DNA of 64,000 nucleotides, from contig CAXXUK010000001.1 in assembly GCA_963665125.2 (NCBI GenBank), forward strand, positions 160,001 through 224,000, written 5' to 3'. Each line of letters begins with the position of its first letter. The stretch's first letter is position 1. The notes under the pieces are model-generated. The model was not told where the DNA came from, made no database searches, and saw only the letters and a list, made by a program, of their open reading frames with translations. Below, in pieces: positions 57,512 to 64,000 of the stretch. A program made the position numbers and the translations under genes. This DNA is from an uncultured Desulfarculus sp. GTDB lineage: Bacteria > Desulfobacterota > Desulfarculia > Desulfarculales > Desulfarculaceae.

Positions 57512-59179
57512 CTATATATGCACCGGCCAACAGGCGGTAATCAGAGTGCCGGTTTCCCCATCGCTGTAAATGTTGAACACCCCGCCGGAAAGTTCGGTGC
57601 GTTCACGCAAACTGGCCAGGCCAAATCCTCTCATGTCCGCTGATGAGGCCAATACGGCAGACACGTTAAATCCCTGGCCGTCATCATGTACCTTCAACTC
57701 CAAGTTGCCGTTGTGCAGGGCAAGGCTCAAGTTAACATTTTGTGCTTTGCTGTGCTTGGCCGCGTTATTCATGGCCTCCTGGACGAAACGGTAAATGGTT
57801 GTCTTCAAATCCTGGGGAATTTCACTTTCCTGCACCCCTATTCGACGCCGAACCTTGATGTTTCCATAGATTGAACAGAACTCACGGCAAAACCACTTCA
57901 GAGTCGCCAAAATGCCCAGATCGTCCAAGACCGATGGGCGCAGATCTTTGGACATGCGCCTGATTTCATTCACCGCGCCCTGGATCATGGGCACCATGGC
58001 TTCCAAAATCCCGGCCACATCCTTACTATCGCCTTCAAAAACCTTTTGATGGGCGTTTTCCAGGCCGAACTTGATGGCCGTCATGGTCTGGCCTATGCCG
58101 TCATGTAGTTCCCTGGCCAGCCGCCCCCGCTCCTTTTCCTGGATATCCAACAGCTGGGCCGACAACACCTTGAGTTCTTTTTCCGATTGCCGAAGCGCCT
58201 GTTCCGCCCTTATTCTCTTGCCGATATCCACGCCAATGCCAACCAGCAAGGCTCCTTCGGCGACCTCCATGCGCACGCCCGTCTGCAAGAAAGGTGTTCG
58301 GTTGCCGTCTTTCGCGACAATATCGACCTCGACAAAGGCCTTGCCGAACTGGAACACGTCTCGAATGCGCTGGGCTATCAACTCCTTTTCCTGGCCCGTA
58401 TAAAAATCCATGGCTTTCATTTTACCGACTTCTTCGGATGTATAGCCGCCGACAAGCTCGAGATTGCGGTTCCACTCGAGGAAGCGCCCTTCCTGATTGA
58501 GGACATAAAATATGCCGGGCAGGCTTTCGATCAGGTAATGGGAGAACTGCTTTTCCCGTACCAGGCGATTTTCGATTTCCTTGCGCTCGGCGATTTCCTT
58601 GTGCAGTCTTTGGTTGGCCTGCCGGAGTTCGTCGGTCCGGGAGGCAACGTGTTCTTCAAGATGCCAGCGGTTCTGGTTTAACTGGTGTTCGGCTTTCTTT
58701 TGGCCGCTGATATCGACCATATTGCCGACGTACGCAGGTTGACCTTTATATTTCGCGTCAACCGCGTCCAGTTCCAGCCAGATTATTTTTCCGTCCTTCC
58801 TATGCGCCCTAAAGCAATACCGGCTGGTATTTGCACCGCAACATTGCAAACCTTCCGTCAGATGCCAAACCTTCGCCCGGTCATCAGGGTGGGCATACTT
58901 CCAAAGATGGCTGTTCAGTAGTTCGTCCTTGTCGTCATAGCCCAACATGTCCGCCAGCCGCTGAGTAACGTAACGCAACAAACCACCTTGAATGATAAAA
59001 AAGCCGGAAAGTGAATGCCGCACCAATGTCCGGTAATGTTGCTCGCTGTCATGAAGGCGGTTTACCTCCGTGATCAACTCATCATTACGAGCCTCCAGCT
59101 CCGCGATTTTTCGGCGCAAACGGCTGGCATCACTTGCTCTAGGAGGCAGGGACCGACGCCTGCTCGATGAATCGGGCAT
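57512..59179 (-). CDS. Cytoplasmic PAS-domain histidine kinase (HisKA_3, NarX/UhpB type)
   Basis: ERGRLARELHDGIGQ, QEAMNNAAKHS, DDGQGF, GFGL; two PAS domains and no TM helix. Confidence 0.93.
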   Translation of the reverse strand: MPDSSSRRRSLPPRASDASRLRRKIAELEARNDELITEVNRLHDSEQHYRTLVRHSLSGFFIIQGGLLRYVTQRLADMLGYDDKDELLNSHLWKYAHPDDRAKVWHLTEGLQCCGANTSRYCFRAHRKDGKIIWLELDAVDAKYKGQPAYVGNMVDISGQKKAEHQLNQNRWHLEEHVASRTDELRQANQRLHKEIAERKEIENRLVREKQFSHYLIESLPGIFYVLNQEGRFLEWNRNLELVGGYTSEEVGKMKAMDFYTGQEKELIAQRIRDVFQFGKAFVEVDIVAKDGNRTPFLQTGVRMEVAEGALLVGIGVDIGKRIRAEQALRQSEKELKVLSAQLLDIQEKERGRLARELHDGIGQTMTAIKFGLENAHQKVFEGDSKDVAGILEAMVPMIQGAVNEIRRMSKDLRPSVLDDLGILATLKWFCREFCSIYGNIKVRRRIGVQESEIPQDLKTTIYRFVQEAMNNAAKHSKAQNVNLSLALHNGNLELKVHDDGQGFNVSAVLASSADMRGFGLASLRERTELSGGVFNIYSDGETGTLITACWPVHI

Positions 59180-59477
59180 AAAAGACCTTCCAATGCGCGG
59201 AAAAGACAGTATGGCTAATCATCGATACGGAAATGATATATTGATCCAACCCATGAAAAACAGACCTTTGATAAAGCGGCAGCCTGGTTTTTAAGGCTGG
59301 CGGGCCTCTGTGGCCATTGGTTCATGGCATTCAGGTCTCCCGGCGCCTGCCGATGATCCGCTTGGCAGTGAAGCGCATACTGCCCATAAAGCCTCATCAA
59401 ACAGTTCGGGTTGGACCATGCGGTCCAACCCGTTTTTGCCGGCACCCTCTAGTATTGAGCTCAACCGCCGCGCGTCA

Positions 59478-61349
59478 TCATGAGATGATTTCGTATTGGA
59501 AAGTATAACGGGACAGCAGATTCACCACCTTTTCACCCACCATTTGCCCCTTATTGTCTTTGATTACGTTGAGCCTTAGTATGGCCTTGGCGCCGTATTT
59601 TTTATCGTCAACCACTTCAACGCTCCAATCATCGGGTGAAATATCAAGTTTGCTCAACTCGTCGGCGCAGACTCTTGCGATACTGTCTTTCCTGAGGTCC
59701 GGCTTGAACACCTTGCCCACAGCGGTAAGGGGAATGGCGTCGCACACTATTACTTCCTTGGGGACTGCGGCCCGCTCGGTTATATGCAGCGCGGCATGGG
59801 CCATAAGCTGATCCCGGGTGATGTCGGCCCCTTCGGCCAGCTGCACATAAACCACGGGCACTTCACCTGAGTGTTTGTCCGGCCGTCCCACAGCCGCCGC
59901 CGTGGTCACCTGGGGATGGCGGAACATGGCTTCCTCTATGACGCCCGGATCAATATTGTGGCCGCCCCTGATTATCAAGTCCTTTTCCCTGCCCGTGAGC
60001 CACAGGTAACCGTCCTGGTCCAGGCGGCCAAGGTCGCCGGTGTTGAACCAACCGTCATCCAACCATACCCCCTGGTTGTGCTCGTTTTCCACATAACCTT
60101 GGAAAACGCAGGGCCCGCTAATAGCCACCGCGCCGATTTCGTTGGTATCGGCGTATCTGGCGAATTTGCCTTCGTCATCCAAAAGCACTGTCCGCACATC
60201 ATGGTAAGGCAACCGTAATCCGACACTGCCGACCTTGCGCTCGCCGTCTTTGGGATTGGCAGCCGAGGCCACGGCCGCCTCGGTCATGCCGTAGCCCTCC
60301 AGGATTTTCATGCCGGTTTTTTCCTCAAAGCGGTTGAACAACTCCACGCTTAAGGGCGCCGCTCCGCAGAGTACATATTTCAAGGACGATATGTCCGCGC
60401 CGTCCAAAGGCAATTCGAGCAGAACCGATAACACCGTGGGCACGCATGAAAAATACGCCGGGCGGTAATGCTCGACGATTTTGAAGAAGTTGGCCATGAC
60501 CGCCTGATCGCGAAAACCGGAGGGGGAGAGCATCACCACGTGCGCGCCCGCGGAAAAAGGCGTTAGCCCGGTTACGATAGTGCCGTTGCAGTGGAAGAGG
60601 GGCAAACCCTGCATCATGGTTTGGCCCCGCTGTATCTCCATGGCCATGGCCAAAACCGAAGCCATCAGCATCTCGTTCATATGGCTTCGGCGGGCCAGCT
60701 TGGGCCGTCCGGTGGTGCCGCCGGTGTGGTAGATGCTGGCCGTCTGCTCCGGAGAAAAATCGCGGTGGAAGTTGAGTTTGTCGGCGGGCTGCTTGTCAAG
60801 CTCTTCATCAAACGAATAGATGCCGTTTTGAGGATCAGCCTGGCCCATGACAACCAGCAAGGCCTCTAGTCCCGGCAATAATTTGCGGACTTCCATGGCC
60901 TTTTGCCATATGTCCAGGCCCGGCATATCGCCCAAGGTTATCAAAACCTTGGTGCCGGCGGCCCTGCATATATCGGCAATTGCCGGGGCCTCCAGCAGGG
61001 GGTTTATGGGATTGGCAATGCCAACCGCCTCCGCACCCCAGAGGGCGAAAAAGGTTTGGGGTGAGTTGGGCAGCAGATAGGAAACCGTGTCCTGGGGCCC
61101 AACTCCCAACTGGTTCAACAGGTTGGCGGTCTGGGTTATGCGGCCCAAAAATTGGCCATAGGACACCTTCACGGGCTCGGTGTATGTATCCCCGGAAAAA
61201 ATGAAGCTGATGGCTGTCTGTTCCGGATCGGCCAAGGCAGCGGCAGCGATCTGATGGTAGGTGGAAGGAAAGGTCACACGACTGGAATGGGGTGCTTTTT
61301 CGATGTTCTCCACATCGGCCAAACTAGATATTTTAAATACCATGGTCAT
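59478..61349 (-). CDS. AMP-forming acyl-CoA synthetase
   Basis: HTGGTTGRPK, GYGMTE, WFNTGDLG, TAVGK; likely start ATG 61349. Confidence 0.92.
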   Translation of the reverse strand: MTMVFKISSLADVENIEKAPHSSRVTFPSTYHQIAAAALADPEQTAISFIFSGDTYTEPVKVSYGQFLGRITQTANLLNQLGVGPQDTVSYLLPNSPQTFFALWGAEAVGIANPINPLLEAPAIADICRAAGTKVLITLGDMPGLDIWQKAMEVRKLLPGLEALLVVMGQADPQNGIYSFDEELDKQPADKLNFHRDFSPEQTASIYHTGGTTGRPKLARRSHMNEMLMASVLAMAMEIQRGQTMMQGLPLFHCNGTIVTGLTPFSAGAHVVMLSPSGFRDQAVMANFFKIVEHYRPAYFSCVPTVLSVLLELPLDGADISSLKYVLCGAAPLSVELFNRFEEKTGMKILEGYGMTEAAVASAANPKDGERKVGSVGLRLPYHDVRTVLLDDEGKFARYADTNEIGAVAISGPCVFQGYVENEHNQGVWLDDGWFNTGDLGRLDQDGYLWLTGREKDLIIRGGHNIDPGVIEEAMFRHPQVTTAAAVGRPDKHSGEVPVVYVQLAEGADITRDQLMAHAALHITERAAVPKEVIVCDAIPLTAVGKVFKPDLRKDSIARVCADELSKLDISPDDWSVEVVDDKKYGAKAILRLNVIKDNKGQMVGEKVVNLLSRYTFQYEIIS

Positions 61350-61989
61350 CTCCACTCTCCTTGGCTGACTGTTGATTGGGATGTTTCTGCAAGAACTTGG
61401 AAACAGGCGACAGGGAAGGGTTCCGCAGACTTCAAGAAACAAATAAACATATATAGTTTATTAGTATTATGCTTTGGTCATGTCAACATTTTGTTGCCAG
61501 CCTTGAGATAAACTTGCCTTCCTGACCATGCCGGACAGCCATATTTCTACATTGATTCCGTTCATTGCTTCGAGCCACGTTGTTTTTAAACTACAAAATC
61601 AAGATGTTATCCGTTTAGAAAAAACGGCTTGACTTGGTGGGTCCGCATAAGAAACTATAATACCGTTCTAGTTTATAATTATTTACAACGGAACAAGCCA
61701 ACGGCGACTAAAAGGCGCGGGCATCTTTTGACGAGGCAAACAGGCAATAACAAGGGCAACAGGCACGGTTAACAACAGGCGGAGGTGGACCACCCAAACC
61801 AAAGGCAATCAAAGGAACCACAAACAGTATTCGAGGCCGTTTTTCCATCAGGCAAAAGCGATCATCTTCAATAGGGCATCCGCCGGAAACAATCCGGATG
61901 ACCGCGGCCTCCGACTACCAATTGCGGGCGTATCGGCGGTTTTATCCCGTCACCAAAGACGCGTCCCCGCAAACTCGAGAGGGTTGAAG

Positions 61990-63084
61990 ATGAAAAGTTA
62001 CAAGCAATTAGCACTGTTCGCGGCATTGGTTCTCCTATTGATCCCGGCCGGCTTCATCGGGCAAGGAAACGTCTGGGCCGGATCAAAGACTATCAACCTC
62101 AAAATCGGCATGGCCAAACCCATCCAGGCAGGCATGGCCTTCGCCATTGTCAAAAGGATTTTCCAGGCGGAGGTGTCGCGGCGGGTTGCCGAGGAAACCG
62201 ACTATGAAATCAAATGGACCGAGGCCTACGGCGGAACGGTGGCCAAGGACGGCGAAGTCCTGGAAGCGGTGCAAATGGGCCTGCTTGACATCGGCTACGT
62301 GATTTACCTTTTCGAACCGGCCAAGCTCTTCCTGCACAACTTTGGATACTTCGTACCCTTCTCCAGCCCGGACCAAGAGAGCGTAAACAAACTGACAGAG
62401 CAGCTTTTTACGGAATTTCCCGTCATGGTCGACATCTTTGAAAAGCAATACGGCCAAAAGATGCTATGCAACCTCACCGCCAGCAGTTACCAACTCATCA
62501 CCACCTTCCCAGTTACAAGCGCCGAAGATCTAAAGGGCAAGAAGATAGCCGCCGGCGGGCCGAACCTGATCGCCGTCAAGCCCCTGGGTGCCGTTCCGGT
62601 GCAGTCGTCCATCGGCGAGGGATACACTTCATTCAAAATGGGAGTCTATGAGGGCTGGATCGTCCTCGAGTCGATCATGGCTGGTCTCAAGTGGCCCGAA
62701 GTCGCCCCCTACGTGACAATCATCGACCTGGGCTCCCCCCCGGCCGCAGCCCTGACCATCAACCTGCGCACCCTCGACAAGCTCCCCCCGGAAATCAGAA
62801 AAATCATCATTGAAGCGGGCAAAAACCTGGGTGTTGCCGGTCCCAAGGTCGTGGCGGAATTTGATAAAAAAGTCAGGAGAGCCCTCGCCAACGGCGGGGC
62901 CAAGATCAGTAGCCTTCCCGAGGCCGAACGCGTCAAGTGGGCCGACGCCCTGCCCGAGGTCGCCAAAATGAAGGCCGAAGAAGCCGACGCCCGCGGCCTG
63001 CCAGGAACGGCCTTGATCAAGCGTTACATCCAGATGCAACAGCAGATGGGCTACCACTTCCCCCGTGTCTGGAACGTGGAATAG
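61990..63084 (+). CDS. dctP: TRAP transporter substrate-binding protein
   Basis: Signal peptide, EVLEAVQMGLLDI, DLKGKKI; followed by small and large permease genes. Confidence 0.88.
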   Translation: MKSYKQLALFAALVLLLIPAGFIGQGNVWAGSKTINLKIGMAKPIQAGMAFAIVKRIFQAEVSRRVAEETDYEIKWTEAYGGTVAKDGEVLEAVQMGLLDIGYVIYLFEPAKLFLHNFGYFVPFSSPDQESVNKLTEQLFTEFPVMVDIFEKQYGQKMLCNLTASSYQLITTFPVTSAEDLKGKKIAAGGPNLIAVKPLGAVPVQSSIGEGYTSFKMGVYEGWIVLESIMAGLKWPEVAPYVTIIDLGSPPAAALTINLRTLDKLPPEIRKIIIEAGKNLGVAGPKVVAEFDKKVRRALANGGAKISSLPEAERVKWADALPEVAKMKAEEADARGLPGTALIKRYIQMQQQMGYHFPRVWNVE

Positions 63085-63097
63085 GAGCCCAAAATCA

Positions 63098-63649
63098 ATG
63101 GAACCATCCCAATCCCGGCCCCAAGCGGCCCAACCCAGCATTAACGGCGGCTCCGGCCCGGTCGGGGCCGCCTTTCGAAAGTCCCTGACCTGCCTGCATA
63201 TCGCCGGGTCCTGTTTGATCCTGGTGATGATGCTGGTCATTGTATTCGATGTGCTGGGCAGAGCCTTTTTCAACCATCCGCTCACCGGCGCTCCCGAATT
63301 GGTGCGGGTCTGCGTTGTGGGGGTCTTGTTTTTGGGCCTGCCGGAGACATTTCGCGCGGGCAAACAGATCCGGGCAACATTGCTGCTGAACAAGGTCTCC
63401 GGCCGCGTTTTGCCCGCTTTGGACCTGTTGGCGCATCTTGGCGGCGTTCTGCTCTTTGTGTTGCTGGTCTACTCGAGTTGGGACCTTTTGGTTCAAGCCT
63501 GGGAAGTCGGCGAGTTTGAAGGGGCGGGGGCCTTGCGGGTGCCGACCTATCCCATTCGGGCCCTCATCGTTGTCTCCGCGGCCCTTGCCCTGATCCAGCT
63601 TGCTATATCCGCCTGGCATTCGGCAAACAAATTCATTGGAAAGGACTAG
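63098..63649 (+). CDS. dctQ: TRAP transporter small permease
   Basis: Four TM helices, DVLGRAFFNHPL..APEL. Confidence 0.88.
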   Translation: MEPSQSRPQAAQPSINGGSGPVGAAFRKSLTCLHIAGSCLILVMMLVIVFDVLGRAFFNHPLTGAPELVRVCVVGVLFLGLPETFRAGKQIRATLLLNKVSGRVLPALDLLAHLGGVLLFVLLVYSSWDLLVQAWEVGEFEGAGALRVPTYPIRALIVVSAALALIQLAISAWHSANKFIGKD

Positions 63650-63656
63650 TGAGGCG

Positions 63657-64000
63657 ATGGACCCGGTAACTGTTGGAATTTTGAGCGTCGGCCTGATCGT
63701 CGCGCTGGTCGTTTTGGGCATTCCCATTGCCGTCTCGCTGGCCCTTGTCAGCATGGCCGGCCTATGGTGCATCACCGACAACATGATGGTGCCGGTGAGC
63801 ATGCTTGGATCGGCGGCCTTTCACGGCGTATTCGACTACACCTACTCCGTGGTGCCGATGTTCGTCTTGATGGGCTTTCTGGCCAACCTGAGCGGCGCGG
63901 CCGAGGATGCCTATGATTTCGCCGCGGCTCTGCTCAAGGGCCGCCGGGGCGGTTTGGCCACGGCAACCGTGGGAGCCAACGCTGTTTTCGCGGCGGTGAC
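63657..64000 (+). CDS. dctM: TRAP transporter large permease, N-terminal part (runs off the window end)
   Basis: Manual translation: MDPVTVG...LGIPIAVSL...VVPMFVLMG...GGLATATVGANAVFAAV. Confidence 0.88.
   Translation, partial: MDPVTVGILSVGLIVALVVLGIPIAVSLALVSMAGLWCITDNMMVPVSMLGSAAFHGVFDYTYSVVPMFVLMGFLANLSGAAEDAYDFAAALLKGRRGGLATATVGANAVFAAV

Noticed and set aside
1..64000. CRISPR array, rRNA or complete tRNA genes
   Set aside because: No regularly spaced repeat-spacer array or full structural RNA gene was seen by eye

Overview
Bacterial genomic window, probably from an anaerobic Desulfobacterota-type organism (inferred from gene content, sigma54 dependence and repeat style). It has two halves. 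(1) About 1-17 kb is a decayed mobile/accessory region. It carries two metal-acquisition cassettes: a TonB receptor/AraC/ZinT-like/methyltransferase/DUF6064 set, and a TonB receptor/COX1-like mini-protein/Cys-rich binding protein/DUF1007/NicO-RcnA set. It also has an integrase relic, a tRNA-fragment att junction flanked by arm-type repeats, several IS3-family relics and a CHASE-PAS hybrid kinase. (2) About 18-64 kb is an anaerobic acyl/aryl-CoA catabolic island. It encodes five CoA ligases/synthetases, two sigma54 activators (three -24/-12 promoters, one shared UAS motif), tandem FAD-oxidoreductase/CCG Fe-S pairs, a STAS-kinase fusion, a NarL/NarX-type two-component pair and a TRAP transporter. 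A 12.5-kb operon combines a four-subunit class I benzoyl-CoA-reductase-like enzyme with aldehyde:ferredoxin oxidoreductase, two SCP2 proteins, an acyl-CoA dehydrogenase lacking the canonical catalytic Glu, a CooC-like ATPase and MoaD. A structured intergenic repeat with compensatory base changes and an AGGC-repeat leader were also seen. All family calls come from recognising motifs by eye; no database search was run.
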